Assembly: GCA_963804645.1 (NCBI GenBank)
Contig: CAWDRG010000019.1
Location: 245,227-309,226, forward strand
DNA: 64,000 nt
Reading direction: 5' to 3'
Source: an uncultured Bacillota bacterium
Lineage (GTDB): Bacteria; Sysuimicrobiota; Sysuimicrobiia; Sysuimicrobiales; Segetimicrobiaceae
Part shown: piece after piece, positions 20,437 through 31,737 of the stretch
Position numbering within the stretch: the stretch's first letter is position 1
Layout of the letters: each line of letters begins with the position of its first letter
Notes under the pieces: model-generated
Told to the model about the DNA's origin: nothing
The model's input: only the letters and a program-made list of their open reading frames with translations
The model's database searches: none
Made by a program: the position numbers and the translations under genes

Positions 20437-21741
20437 ATGCGGCCGTACGACGTGATCAAGACCAAGCGCGACGGCGGGGAACTGCCCCCCGACGCGATCG
20501 ACGGATTTATTTCGGACTACCTCGGCGGGCGGGTCACCGACGGGCAGGCCGCGGCGTTCCTGATGGCCGTGTACTACCGCGGCATGAGCGAGCGCGAAAC
20601 CACGGCGCTGACCGCCGCGATGGTCCGCAGCGGCACGACGCTGGATCTCAGCCGCATCCGCGGCCCGAAGGTGGACAAGCACAGCACCGGCGGGGTTGGC
20701 GACAAGACGTCGCTCGTCGTGGTGCCGCTCGTCGCGAGCGTCGGGGTGCGGGTCGCGAAGCTCTCCGGCCGGGCGCTCGGCCACACGGGCGGGACGCTCG
20801 ACAAGCTCGAGGCGATTCCGGGCCTGCGGGTCGAGCGGTCCGTCGACGAGCTGATCCGTCAGGTGAACGCGATCGGGTGCGCGATCGTGAGCCAGTCCGC
20901 GGACCTGGTCCCGGCCGACAAGCGCCTGTACGCGCTGCGCGACCAGACCGCGACGGTGGACAGCGTGCCCCTGATCGCCGCGAGCGTGATGAGCAAGAAG
21001 CTCGCGGCCGGCAGCGACGCGATCGTGCTCGACGTGAAGGTGGGCCGGGGTGCCTTCATGAAGACGCTCGACGACGCGCGGGCGCTGGCGCGGGCGATGG
21101 TGGGGATCGGCCGCGGCGTAGGGCGGCGCACGGTCGCGGTGCTCAGCCGGATGGACCAGCCGCTCGGGTGCACCATCGGCAACGCGCTCGAGGTCGCGGA
21201 GGCGGTGCGGACGCTGCGCGGCGGCGGGCCGGACGACCTGCGCGAGCTGAGCCTCGCCCTCGGCGCGCACATGGTCCTGCTGGCCGGCCTCGCCGAGACG
21301 CCGGCCGCCGCGCGGGCGCTGCTCAAGGCCCGGCTCGCCGACGGCAGCGCGGCCGGTCGGTTCGCGGACATGGTGGCGGCGCAGGACGGCGATCGACGGG
21401 CGGTGGAGGAGCTCGAGCGGCTGCCGCTGGCGCCGATCGCTGAGCCCGTACGTGCGCCCGCCGACGGCGTCGTGACCGCCATCGACGCCGAGGCGCTCGG
21501 CGGCGCCGCGATCACACTCGGCGCCGGCCGCGCGGGTGCCGGTGACGCCGTGGATCCCGTGGCGGGTCTGGTGCTGGAGCGGAAGATCGGGGACGCGGTG
21601 CGCCGGGGCGAGACGCTGGCCGTGCTGCACACGTCGGCGCGCGGGAGGCTGGGGCGGGCCGCGGACGTGGTGGCGTCCGCGTACGCGATCGGGACGTCCG
21701 CACCCGCGTCGGAGCCTCTGGTGATTGACACGATCCACTAG
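20437..21741 (+). CDS. pdp: Pyrimidine-nucleoside (thymidine) phosphorylase
   Basis: KRDG.EL, DKHSTGGVGDKTS, SGRALGHTGGTLDKLE, SKKLAAG, DVKVGRGAFMK. Confidence 0.95.
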   Translation: MRPYDVIKTKRDGGELPPDAIDGFISDYLGGRVTDGQAAAFLMAVYYRGMSERETTALTAAMVRSGTTLDLSRIRGPKVDKHSTGGVGDKTSLVVVPLVASVGVRVAKLSGRALGHTGGTLDKLEAIPGLRVERSVDELIRQVNAIGCAIVSQSADLVPADKRLYALRDQTATVDSVPLIAASVMSKKLAAGSDAIVLDVKVGRGAFMKTLDDARALARAMVGIGRGVGRRTVAVLSRMDQPLGCTIGNALEVAEAVRTLRGGGPDDLRELSLALGAHMVLLAGLAETPAAARALLKARLADGSAAGRFADMVAAQDGDRRAVEELERLPLAPIAEPVRAPADGVVTAIDAEALGGAAITLGAGRAGAGDAVDPVAGLVLERKIGDAVRRGETLAVLHTSARGRLGRAADVVASAYAIGTSAPASEPLVIDTIH

Positions 21742-21750
21742 GAGGGCGGC

Positions 21751-22608
21751 ATGGCGTTTCGTCAGATCGGGGTGGTAGGGTGCGGGCTGATGGGCTCGGG
21801 GATCGCCGAGGTCGCCGCGCGGGCCGGGTTTCCGGTCGTCGTGCGAGAGGTGACCGACGAGCTGGTGACGCGCGGGCTCGACCGGATCGACCGCTCGATG
21901 GCGCGCGGCGTCGAGCGCGGCAAGCTCGCCGCGGGCGACCGCGACGCCGCGCGCGGCCGGATCCGCGGCACCACGCGCCTCGCCGACCTCGCCGCCTGCG
22001 ACCTCGTGTGCGAGGCCATCATCGAGAACATGGACCAGAAGAAGGCGCTGTATCGGGAGCTCGACGGCCTGTGCCCGCCGGAGACGGTGTTCGCGAGCAA
22101 TACGAGCTCGCTGAGCATCACCGAGATGGCGTCGGTGACGCGGCGTCCGGCGCGGTTTCTCGGGCTGCACTTCTTCAATCCCGTGCCCGTGATGAAGCCG
22201 GTCGAGATGGTCCGCGGGCTGCAGACGTCGGACGAGACCCTGGCGCTCGCGCGCGCGTTTGCGGAGCAGGTCGGCAAGACCGTCGTCGCCTGCAAAGACT
22301 ATCCGGGGTTCATCGTCAACCTGCTGCTCGTGCCCTATCTGCTCGACTCGATCCGGGCGCTGGAGCTCGGGCTGGCGACGAAAGAGGACATCGACACGGC
22401 GGTCACCCTCGGGCTCAACCATCCGATGGGGCCGTTGACGCTGCTCGACTTCGTCGGGATCGACACGACGTACTATATCGCCGAGGCGATGTTCGAGGAG
22501 TTCAAGGATGCCCGCTACGCCGCCCCGCCGTTGATGCGCAAGATGGTGCTCGCGGGCCTGCACGGACGGAAGACCGGGCGCGGATTTTACGAGTATCCGG
22601 CACGCTGA
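21751..22608 (+). CDS. hbd: 3-hydroxybutyryl-CoA dehydrogenase
   Basis: GCGLMGSGIA, EAIIE, SNTSSLSIT, GLHFFNP, HPMGPL.LLDFVG. Confidence 0.9.
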   Translation: MAFRQIGVVGCGLMGSGIAEVAARAGFPVVVREVTDELVTRGLDRIDRSMARGVERGKLAAGDRDAARGRIRGTTRLADLAACDLVCEAIIENMDQKKALYRELDGLCPPETVFASNTSSLSITEMASVTRRPARFLGLHFFNPVPVMKPVEMVRGLQTSDETLALARAFAEQVGKTVVACKDYPGFIVNLLLVPYLLDSIRALELGLATKEDIDTAVTLGLNHPMGPLTLLDFVGIDTTYYIAEAMFEEFKDARYAAPPLMRKMVLAGLHGRKTGRGFYEYPAR

Positions 22609-22642
22609 TGGAGCAGGCTCCTGCACCGGTCGGCCGATCGGC

Positions 22643-23263
22643 ATGACGACGCCGGAGTGGCTCGATCTCCTGGATTGGAAGCGCCGCGTGTTCGACCTGT
22701 ACCGCGAGATCAGGCTCGAACCGGATCCGGAGGCCGCGTGGCGCCGGTGGCGCGCGGTGCGTGACGACCTGTTCGCGACGCATCCGCAGTCCCCGCTGTC
22801 GCCCGACGCGCGCGGCTCCTTCGGCGGGCTCGCGTACTTTGGGTACGACCCGTCCGCGCGCGTGCTCGCCGAGATCCGCCCGGCGGAGCCGGCGCCCTAC
22901 GCACTCAGCGGCAGCGACGGCACGCCCTACGGCGCCGCGCGCGTCGCCACCGCGTCCTTCGCACTGGGGGGGCGGGCGAGCGCGGTCGAGCTGTACTGGC
23001 TGGAAGGGTACGGCGGGGGCCTGTTCCTGTCGTTCGCCGACCAGACGAGCGGCGGTGAGACGTACGGCGGCGGCCGCTACCTGCTCGATACGATTAAGGG
23101 GGCGGACCTCGGAGACCGGGACGGACGCCTGTTGCTCGACTTCAATTTTGCCTATCATCCCTCGTGCGTGTACGATAGTCGGTGGAGCTGCCCGCTGGCG
23201 CCGCCCGGGAACCGGCTCCCGGTGCCGGTCCGGGCGGGCGAGCGACTGGGGCGGGATCCGTAG
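22643..23263 (+). CDS. DUF1684 family protein
   Basis: RDDLFATHPQSP, F.DQTSG.ETYGGGRYL, LDFNFAYHPSCVY...WSCPLAP..N. Confidence 0.88.
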   Translation: MTTPEWLDLLDWKRRVFDLYREIRLEPDPEAAWRRWRAVRDDLFATHPQSPLSPDARGSFGGLAYFGYDPSARVLAEIRPAEPAPYALSGSDGTPYGAARVATASFALGGRASAVELYWLEGYGGGLFLSFADQTSGGETYGGGRYLLDTIKGADLGDRDGRLLLDFNFAYHPSCVYDSRWSCPLAPPGNRLPVPVRAGERLGRDP

Positions 23264-23311
23264 CGCAGGACCGCTTCCGTTTCGGCGGCGAATACCGACC
23301 GGGGTGATCGC

Positions 23312-24457
<1,146 letters not shown>

Positions 24458-24491
24458 CCCGCCGCGCCGCCCAGACTCTGACCCGGGAGGA

Positions 24492-25271
24492 ATGATGAAC
24501 GTCGTCGTCTGTGTGAAGCACGTGCCGGACACCGAAGCCCCAATCCGGATCCGCGGGGATGCCCGCGGCGTCGAGGAGTCGGGCCTCAACTTCGTCATGA
24601 ACTACTACGACGAGCACGCCGTCGAGGAGGCGCTGCGGATCAAAGCGGCGCGGGGCGGCACCGTCACCGTGCTCACCGCCGGGCCTGCGCGGGCCGTCGA
24701 AGCGCTCCGGGCGGGGCTGGCGATGGGCGCGGACCAGGCGGTGCACATTCAAGATCCGGCGCTCGACCTCACCGACCACCTGCGCGTCGCGCGGGCGCTG
24801 GCCGCGGCGATCGCGCCGCTCGGCCCCGACCTCGTCCTCTGCGGCAAGCTCGCGACCGACGACAACGCGTCCGTCGTCGGCCCCGCCCTCGCCGAATACC
24901 TCGGGTTGCCGCAGGCGACGGCCGTCACCACGCTCGAGCTCGGGGAGGGCCGGGCGACCGCGCACCGCGAGCTTGAGGGCGCGGTCGAAATCCTGGAGCT
25001 TTCGCTGCCCGCGGTCGTGACCGTCGAGCGCAACATCAACGAGCCCCGCTACCCGTCGCTTCCGGGCATCATGAAGGCCAAGCGCACGCCGGTGACGACG
25101 AAGACGCTCGCCGACCTGGGACTCACCGGCGAGGGGGAGGGGGCCCGCACGGACGTGCTCGGACTCGTGCCGCCCCCCAAGCGCCAGGCGGGCCGGCTGA
25201 TTCAGGGGGAGCCCGAGGTTGTCGTCCGGGAGCTGATCCGGTCGCTGCGCGAGGAGGCGAAGGTCCTGTGA
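24492..25271 (+). CDS. etfB: Electron transfer flavoprotein beta subunit
   Basis: VCVKHVPD, N.YDEHAVEEAL, AMGAD, NEPRYPSL.GIMKAK. Confidence 0.94.
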   Translation: MMNVVVCVKHVPDTEAPIRIRGDARGVEESGLNFVMNYYDEHAVEEALRIKAARGGTVTVLTAGPARAVEALRAGLAMGADQAVHIQDPALDLTDHLRVARALAAAIAPLGPDLVLCGKLATDDNASVVGPALAEYLGLPQATAVTTLELGEGRATAHRELEGAVEILELSLPAVVTVERNINEPRYPSLPGIMKAKRTPVTTKTLADLGLTGEGEGARTDVLGLVPPPKRQAGRLIQGEPEVVVRELIRSLREEAKVL

Positions 25272-26278
25272 GTCCGAACGCCGCGCACGACGTGTGGGTT
25301 CTGGCCGAGCAGGACGGGGGCGCGCCCCGGAAGATTACCTGCGAGCTGCTGGCGAAAGCCCGGTCGCTCGCGGACGCCCTCGGCGGCCGGGTGACCGCAG
25401 TTGCCCTCGGCACCGGGATCGGGGGACTGGCGGGCGAGCTGGCGGCACGGGGCGCCGACCAGGTGCTTCTGGCCGATGCGCCGGTGCTCGAGCCGTACAC
25501 GACCGACGCCCATCTCGAGGTCATCGCCCCGCTGCTCCGCGAGGCGTCCCCGGCGCTCCTGCTGGTCGGGAGCACCGCGGCCGGGCGGGATCTGGCCCCC
25601 CGACTCGCGGCACGCGTCGGCGCCGGCATCGTCACCGACTGCGCCGCGGTGGACCTCGAAGACGGACGGGTGGTGGCGACGCGTCCGGTGATGACACGCA
25701 AGGCGATCGCCCGCGTCGGGTTTGCCGGGGACGGGCTCCGCATCGCCGTCATGCTGCCGAACGTGGTCACGCCGGCCCCGGCGGATGCCTCGCGGACGGC
25801 GGAGGTCGTGAACGTCCCGGTCAGCGTCGATCCCGCGAAGCTTCGCACCCGGGTCGTCGAGGTGCGGACCGTGGCGCGCGAGACGGTCCCGCTGACCGAA
25901 GCCGACATCATCGTCTCCGGCGGCCGGGGTCTGCGCGGTCCGGAGCACTTCGCGCTGCTCGACGCGCTCGCCGCGGTGCTCGGCGCCGCGGTGGGGTCGA
26001 GCCGGCCGCCGGTGGACTCGGGCTGGGTCCCGCACGACTACGAGATCGGGCAGACCGGCAAGACTGTGAACCCCCAACTGTACATCGCGTGCGGCATCTC
26101 CGGGGCGCCCCAGCACCAGGCGGGAATGTCGGGATCGCGGTGCATCGTCGCGATCAACAAGGACGTCCAAGCTCCGATCTTTCAGATCGCGTCGTACGGC
26201 GTGGTCGGCGACCTGTTTCAGATCGTGCCGCTGCTGACCGACGAGGTCCGCAAGCTCAAGGCCGCGCCGGCGGGATAG
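25268..26278 (+). CDS. etfA: Electron transfer flavoprotein alpha subunit
   Basis: [45 protein letters not shown]. Confidence 0.94.
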   Translation: MSPNAAHDVWVLAEQDGGAPRKITCELLAKARSLADALGGRVTAVALGTGIGGLAGELAARGADQVLLADAPVLEPYTTDAHLEVIAPLLREASPALLLVGSTAAGRDLAPRLAARVGAGIVTDCAAVDLEDGRVVATRPVMTRKAIARVGFAGDGLRIAVMLPNVVTPAPADASRTAEVVNVPVSVDPAKLRTRVVEVRTVARETVPLTEADIIVSGGRGLRGPEHFALLDALAAVLGAAVGSSRPPVDSGWVPHDYEIGQTGKTVNPQLYIACGISGAPQHQAGMSGSRCIVAINKDVQAPIFQIASYGVVGDLFQIVPLLTDEVRKLKAAPAG

Positions 26279-26431
26279 CACGGCCGCCCCACCGTCCCCA
26301 CCGTTCCCCTCGGCGCCTCCCGCGGGCAGCGATTTCGCAAATAGTACGGTAAGGTGACGGGTTCGCCCAGCACTATCAGCGATTCCCGCTGATTTCTGTC
26401 GTCCGGGCATTTTTGCATTCGCAGAAAGTCC

Positions 26432-26471
26432 TTGCATGCCGAGGGATCTAGGAGTATAGTTGCTCCTAGAT
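26432..26471 (+). promoter_or_regulatory. IS-internal promoter with the -10 box inside a 9-bp inverted repeat
   Basis: TTGCAT-N17-TATAGT (26432-26460); ATCTAGGAG (26446-26454) / CTCCTAGAT (26463-26471), the right arm overlapping the ATG at 26470. Confidence 0.7.
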
Positions 26472-26856
26472 GACACGCGCTCGGCTCCGCCTGGATTTCA
26501 GTGGACCCCGCGGTCCGGAGGCGGCGCGCCTCCGGCACCGCCGCGCGGCGGTGCGGCGGGAGCACGCGCTGACCGAGGCCGTGGAAGAGATGTTACCCGG
26601 GTCGCTGACGTTCAGCCATTTTCGGTGTGGGAAACCGACGTGTCACTGTGCCCACGACGTCGGGCATCCGAAGTGGTCGCTGACTTATATGGTCGACGGG
26701 CACAAGCGGATGCTGCACATCCCGACGGCGCTCGTGGACGACATTCGGGCGCGGGTGGACGCGGGGCGGGCGTTTCAGGACGCCGTGCGCGAGGTGTTGA
26801 CGACCAACGTGGAGTTGCTCGCTCTCGCGCGCCAGCAACGGCGGAAGGCCCCGTAA
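26470..26856 (+). CDS. DUF6788-like putative zinc-finger accessory protein
   Basis: GSL....RCGKPTCHC...GHPKWSLTY..DG.KR; same motif as 58463-58816; lies inside the IS. Confidence 0.8.
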   Translation: MTRARLRLDFSGPRGPEAARLRHRRAAVRREHALTEAVEEMLPGSLTFSHFRCGKPTCHCAHDVGHPKWSLTYMVDGHKRMLHIPTALVDDIRARVDAGRAFQDAVREVLTTNVELLALARQQRRKAP

Positions 26857-26859
26857 GCG

Positions 26860-28118
26860 GTGGGGCGGCACGAGGTCGAGGCGTATTTCGAGAAAATCTT
26901 CAATTGGTCGGTCCTGCTGGCGGCCTGCCGGAGGGGCGGCAGCACCCGCAGCACTCGTGTCAGAAGGTCTTCGCCGCCGTCTTCTGGGGGGCGATCGGGC
27001 GGATCCCGAGCTTCCATCAGTTGGAATATGAGTGCCGGGCCGGTGGGCTGCGCCATCGGATCGGGCCGCTCAGCGAGGACACGCTGCGCTACACGCTCGA
27101 GCGCCTGGCGCCCGAAGCGGTATTGACGCTGGGCTGCGACGTGGCGCGCCGGCTGAAGCGCAATGGGGTGCTGCGCACGGACGCGGCACACGGCCTGATC
27201 GTGGCGGCGGTGGACGGGATCGAGATTTGCCAGTCCTACGTCCGCTGCTGCGACACCTGTCTGGAGCGGACGGTCGAGCGGATGATCGACGGCGTCCTGC
27301 AGACCGCCGTCCAATACTATCACCGCATCGTGGCGGTCGCCGTGGTGAGCACGCCGTTTCCGATTCCGCTGGGGCTACGCTTTCAGGCGCCGGGCGAAGG
27401 CGAAGTGGCCTGTGCACAGGCCCTGCTGGAGGAGCTGGTGGGCCAGTTGGGGCGGCGGTTCGTGGACGTCCTGGTGGCGGACGCGCTTTATTTCGGCAAG
27501 CCGGTCATCGATGCCATCGAAGCGCTTGGCCTCGACTGGGTGTGCTCCGTGAAAGACAATCAGCCCGAGTTGGTCGCGGAACTGGCGCGCAGAACGAGTG
27601 ACGTGATGCCGGCGGAGACGGTGACGCCTGACGTTGTGACGCACCTCTGGTATGTGCCCGACGTGCACTGGGCGGCGGGCGACCGGTCCGTGCGGTGCGT
27701 CAAGGAGGTGCGGCGGGCCGCGCAGACGCGCGTGCACGTCCAGCGCGAGGGGGGCCACTGCACCCGCCACAAAACGGTGGTGTGGGACGAGAGCACGAAC
27801 CTCTACGCCAGTAGTCTGCTCGAGCTGGCCTGTTCCCCGGTGGGGCTCGCGGCGCTGGGGCGCGCGCGGTGGCGCATTGACACGGAAGTCTTCCAGACGC
27901 TGACGAAGGAGTGCCAGCTCAAGCATCCCGCGGTGCACCAGCAGCACGATCAAGCCTTCGTGGTGCTCACCATGATTCGCATCCTGGCCTATACACTGCT
28001 GCTGGTGTTCTTTCATCGCCAGGTGCTGAGTCACGCCCGGCACACGCCGCCGACGCTCTGCCAGATCGCGCGCCAAATCGTCCCGGCGTTCGCCCAGGTG
28101 CACGTCGACTCGAGCTGA
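26860..28118 (+). CDS. DDE transposase (frameshift at ~26930 separates the first ~24 codons)
   Basis: AVDGIE, VADALY, SVKDNQPEL, RWRIDTEVF; N-terminus GRHEVEAYFEKIF is in a different frame. Confidence 0.85.
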
Positions 28119-28407
28119 CCGTTGGCGCCGGAAACGCCCCAGACCCGGAGTCGCGACTCGGACTCTCAGGGCCTTCCCCCCGTCGTCACTTCCCCCCGGT
28201 CCCGTTCGCGCACTCGTGCAGCCACGAATCCACCGCAAGACTGTTCGACAGCTTCTATGCCGCCCCGGGACCTGCGGGCGTTTTGGCTACCGCTCGCCCA
28301 TCTGCGAAATTGCTGCTCCCGCGGGTGCGGCCGGTGTGAAGCCTCCCGGTTCGTGGTAGTCTGATACTGTGTGGGCGCGGGACCGGCGGCCCGCGCGGGA
28401 GGCGGGG

Positions 28408-30084
28408 ATGGACGGAGAGGAGCTCGAGCGGCATCGTCGCGCGCGGCGCCGCTGGGAAGACGGACCGCTGGCGGACGCGGTGTCGCGTCAGCCCGAACGG
28501 TCCGCGCGGTTTACCACGGTCTCCGACCTCGAGATCGGGCGCCTGTACGGGCCTGAGGATCTCGCGTCCTGGGACCCCGCCCGCGACCTCGGACGTCCGG
28601 GTGAGTATCCGTACACGCGGGGCATCCACCCCACGATGTACCGCGGCCGCCTGTGGACGATGCGGATGTTCGCGGGGTTCGGGACCGCCGAGGACACGAA
28701 CGCCCGGTTCCGCTACCTCCTGGCCCAGGGGCAAACCGGATTGTCCACCGCGTTCGACATGCCGACGCTCATGGGGTATGACTCGGACCACCCGCGCTCG
28801 CTCGGCGAGGTGGGGCGCGAAGGGGTCGCCGTCGACACGGTCGTCGATATGGACCTGCTCCTCCGCGATCTTCCGCTCGACCGGATCACCACCTCGATGA
28901 CGATCAACGCGCCGGCGAACGTCCTGCTGGCAATGTACGTGGCGGTGGCCCAATCGCGGGGCGTGCCGCTGGACGCGATCGGGGGCACCATCCAGACCGA
29001 CATGCTGAAGGAGTTTATCGCGCAGAAGGAATGGATCGTGCCGCCCCGACCGAGCATGAAGCTGATTCAGGACATCCTCGTGTACTGCACGCGCGAGGTG
29101 CCCCGGTGGAACCCGATCAGCATCAGCGGGTACCACATCCGCGAGGCGGGGGCGACCGCGGTGCAGGAGCTCGCGTTCACCCTCGCCGACGGCATCGCGT
29201 ACGTGGAGGCGGGGCGCGAGGCGGGGCTCGACGTGGACGCGTTCGCGCCCCGGCTGTCGTTCTTCTTCGACGTGCACAGCGACTTCTTCGAGGAGATCGC
29301 GAAGTTCCGGGCGGCGCGCCGGATGTGGGCCCGGGTCATGCGGGAGCGGTTCGGCGCCCGGGATCCGCGGTCGTGGGTGCTGCGCACCCACGCGCAGACC
29401 GCGGGGGTCACGCTGACGGCGCAGCAGCCGCTCAACAACGTCGCCCGTACCGCGCTGCAGGCACTCGCCGCCGTGCTGGGCGGGTGCCAGTCCCTGCACA
29501 CGAACTCGATGGACGAGACCTACGCGCTGCCGACCGAAGAGGCGGCGACGGTCGCCCTCCGAACCCAGCAGATCATCGCCCACGAGACCGGGGTCACGAG
29601 CACCGTCGATCCGCTCGGGGGTGCGTACTTCGTCGAGGCGCTGACGGACCGGATCGAGGCCGAGGCCCACGCGTACATTACCAAGATCGACGAGATGGGC
29701 GGCATGCTGGTGGCGATCGAGCGCGGGTACCCGATGCGGGAGATTGCCGACGCCAGCTACCGGTATCAACAGCAGCTCGAGGCCGGGGAGAAGACCGTCG
29801 TCGGCGTGAACGCGTTCGCGCAGGACGAGCCGGCGCCGATTCCGACCCTCACCGTGGATCCGGAGGTCGAGCGCCGCCAGGTCGAGCGCGTCGCCCGGGT
29901 GCGGGCCGAGCGCGATGCGTCGGCCGCCCGACGCGTGCTCGACACGCTGGCCCGCACGGCAGAGGACGGCGGCAACACGATGCCCGTGATCGTGGAGGCG
30001 GTCCGCACTCGCGTCACGCTGGGGGAGATCTGCGACGTCTTCCGCCGGGTATACGGGGAGTACCGCGAGCAGGCGGTGCTGTAA
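28408..30084 (+). CDS. icmA: B12-dependent acyl-CoA mutase large subunit, isobutyryl-CoA mutase type
   Basis: [25 protein letters not shown] (Phe) and [14 protein letters not shown] (Gln) at the two specificity positions; [12 protein letters not shown]. Confidence 0.82.
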   Translation: MDGEELERHRRARRRWEDGPLADAVSRQPERSARFTTVSDLEIGRLYGPEDLASWDPARDLGRPGEYPYTRGIHPTMYRGRLWTMRMFAGFGTAEDTNARFRYLLAQGQTGLSTAFDMPTLMGYDSDHPRSLGEVGREGVAVDTVVDMDLLLRDLPLDRITTSMTINAPANVLLAMYVAVAQSRGVPLDAIGGTIQTDMLKEFIAQKEWIVPPRPSMKLIQDILVYCTREVPRWNPISISGYHIREAGATAVQELAFTLADGIAYVEAGREAGLDVDAFAPRLSFFFDVHSDFFEEIAKFRAARRMWARVMRERFGARDPRSWVLRTHAQTAGVTLTAQQPLNNVARTALQALAAVLGGCQSLHTNSMDETYALPTEEAATVALRTQQIIAHETGVTSTVDPLGGAYFVEALTDRIEAEAHAYITKIDEMGGMLVAIERGYPMREIADASYRYQQQLEAGEKTVVGVNAFAQDEPAPIPTLTVDPEVERRQVERVARVRAERDASAARRVLDTLARTAEDGGNTMPVIVEAVRTRVTLGEICDVFRRVYGEYREQAVL

Positions 30085-30145
30085 TCGGGCCCCGCGCGGC
30101 CGCCCGCGCTTGTCCCGGGCTCGGTCGCTGTGGGATAATGGCAGG

Positions 30146-30559
30146 GTGACGGAGCTCAAGGTTCGGATTCTGGTCGCCAAGCCCGGCCTCGACGGCCACG
30201 ACCGCGGGGCCAAGGTGGTCGCCCGCGCGCTCCGGGACGCCGGCTACGAGGTGATCTACACCGGGCTGCACCAGACCCCGGAGATGATCGCGGCAGCGGC
30301 GGTCCAGGAGGACGCGGATGCGATCGGGCTCAGCATCCTCTCGGGCGCGCACAACGTCCTCCTGCCCAAGATCATCGAGCTGCTCACCGCGCAAGGGGTG
30401 ACCGACATCAAGGTGTTCGCCGGCGGGATCATTCCCGATGCCGACATCCCGGGGCTTCACGCCGCCGGGATCGCGGCGGTATTTACCCCGGGCACGTCGC
30501 TCGAGCACATCGTCAGCTGGGTCCGCGATAACGTCAAGCCGCGCCACGTGACCGCGTGA
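30146..30559 (+). CDS. icmB: Acyl-CoA mutase small (cobalamin-binding) subunit
   Basis: [30 protein letters not shown]; directly after the large subunit. Confidence 0.88.
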   Translation: MTELKVRILVAKPGLDGHDRGAKVVARALRDAGYEVIYTGLHQTPEMIAAAAVQEDADAIGLSILSGAHNVLLPKIIELLTAQGVTDIKVFAGGIIPDADIPGLHAAGIAAVFTPGTSLEHIVSWVRDNVKPRHVTA

Positions 30560-30756
30560 AAGTCCTCATCCGCCACGAGAAGCGCGAGGTCGAGGTGCAG
30601 GGCCGCCGGCGCGTGCGGGAGCTGCTGGTCGAGCTGGGCGTGAATCCCGAGTCCGTGCTCGTTATCCGCAACGCGCAGCTGCTGACGCACGACGCGCAGG
30701 TGGCCGACGACGAGACCGTCGAGCTCAGGCAGGTGATCTCCGGAGGCGGGGCCTGA
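30556..30756 (+). CDS. ttuB: ThiS/MoaD-like sulfur carrier (TtuB-like)
   Basis: 66 aa ubiquitin-like; LL.ELG.NPE.VLV.RN, ends ISGGGA; TGATG-coupled to ttuA. Confidence 0.75.
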   Translation: MKVLIRHEKREVEVQGRRRVRELLVELGVNPESVLVIRNAQLLTHDAQVADDETVELRQVISGGGA

Positions 30757-31721
30757 TGCGCTGCCAGCGCTGCAAGGGCGACGCCACGGTCGAGGTGCGG
30801 CGGCACCACACCGCGTTCTGCAACGAGCATTTCATCGAGTTCTTCGACCGACAGGTGGAGCGGGCGATCGAGGGGGAGCACATGTTTGTGCGCGGCGAGC
30901 GCGTGCTCGTCGCCGTCTCGGGCGGCAAGGACAGCCTCGCGTTGTGGGACGTCCTGCGCCGCCTCGGCTACGATGCGACCGGCCTGTACATCAACCTCGG
31001 CATTGGGGCGTACTCCGAGGAGTCGCATCAGAAGTCGGTGGCGTTCGCCGACGCCCAGGGGCTCGAGTTGCTCGTCGCCGACATCCCGCGCGACTACGGT
31101 ATGAACGTCGAGGAGTTCGCGCGGGCGACCCGCCGGGTCAGCTGCTCGGCGTGCGGTCTCAGCAAGCGGTATCTGTTCAACCGCGTCGCGGTCGACCGGG
31201 GGTTTCAGGTCGTCGCGACCGGACACAACCTCGACGACGAGGCGGCGGTCCTCTTCGGAAACCTCCTGCACTGGCAGACGGAGTATCTGGCCCGCCAGGC
31301 GCCGGTGTTGCCGAGCACGCACCCGCGTCTCGTGCGCAAGGTCAAGCCGCTGTACCGCATCGCGGAGCGGGAGGCGGCCGCGTACGCGATCATCCGCGGG
31401 ATCGACTACATCGTGGATGAGTGCCCGAACAGCGTGGGGGCGAAGAGCCTCCTCTACAAGGACGCGCTGAACCTCTTGGAGCAGGCCGCGCCGGGCACGA
31501 AGCAGAGCCTGTACTGGGGGTTTCTCGAGCGGGGCCGGCCGCTGGTGCAGGCGCAGGACAACGCGACGCTCCGCGACTGCATCCACTGCGGGCAGCCCAC
31601 CACCGCCGAGGTGTGCGCATTCTGCCGGATGACCGAGCGGGCGGCCGAGCGGATGCGCGTGCGCCGGGCCGCCGACGTGCCCGACGAGGTGCCCGCAGCG
31701 GCGCCGTCGGCCGGCGGATAG
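30756..31721 (+). CDS. ttuA: tRNA 2-thiouridine synthetase TtuA (Ncs6/TtcA superfamily)
   Basis: N-terminal CxxC...CxxH, SGGKDS PP-loop, CSACG..KRY, GHNLDD, CP, C-terminal CxxC...CxxC. Confidence 0.85.
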   Translation: MRCQRCKGDATVEVRRHHTAFCNEHFIEFFDRQVERAIEGEHMFVRGERVLVAVSGGKDSLALWDVLRRLGYDATGLYINLGIGAYSEESHQKSVAFADAQGLELLVADIPRDYGMNVEEFARATRRVSCSACGLSKRYLFNRVAVDRGFQVVATGHNLDDEAAVLFGNLLHWQTEYLARQAPVLPSTHPRLVRKVKPLYRIAEREAAAYAIIRGIDYIVDECPNSVGAKSLLYKDALNLLEQAAPGTKQSLYWGFLERGRPLVQAQDNATLRDCIHCGQPTTAEVCAFCRMTERAAERMRVRRAADVPDEVPAAAPSAGG

Positions 31722-31737
31722 CGGACATCTCGCCCCT

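Larger units (their letters stand above)
26327..28315 (+). mobile_element. Two-gene DDE insertion sequence (IS4-superfamily-like), 1989 bp
   Basis: TIRs CAGCGATTTCGCAAAT (26327-26342) / ATCTGCGAAATTGCTG (28300-28315), 14/16 match; perfect 10-bp TSD CTCCCGCGGG at 26317-26326 and 28316-28325. Confidence 0.93.

Noticed and set aside
28119..28299. Guide or bridge-type ncRNA in the right end of the two-gene IS
   Set aside because: Only short palindromes (e.g. GAGTCGCGACTC); I saw no match to the target site, and the element has conventional TIRs, TSD and a DDE enzyme
28326..28407. Cobalamin riboswitch upstream of the mutase
   Set aside because: Too short and no B12-box consensus
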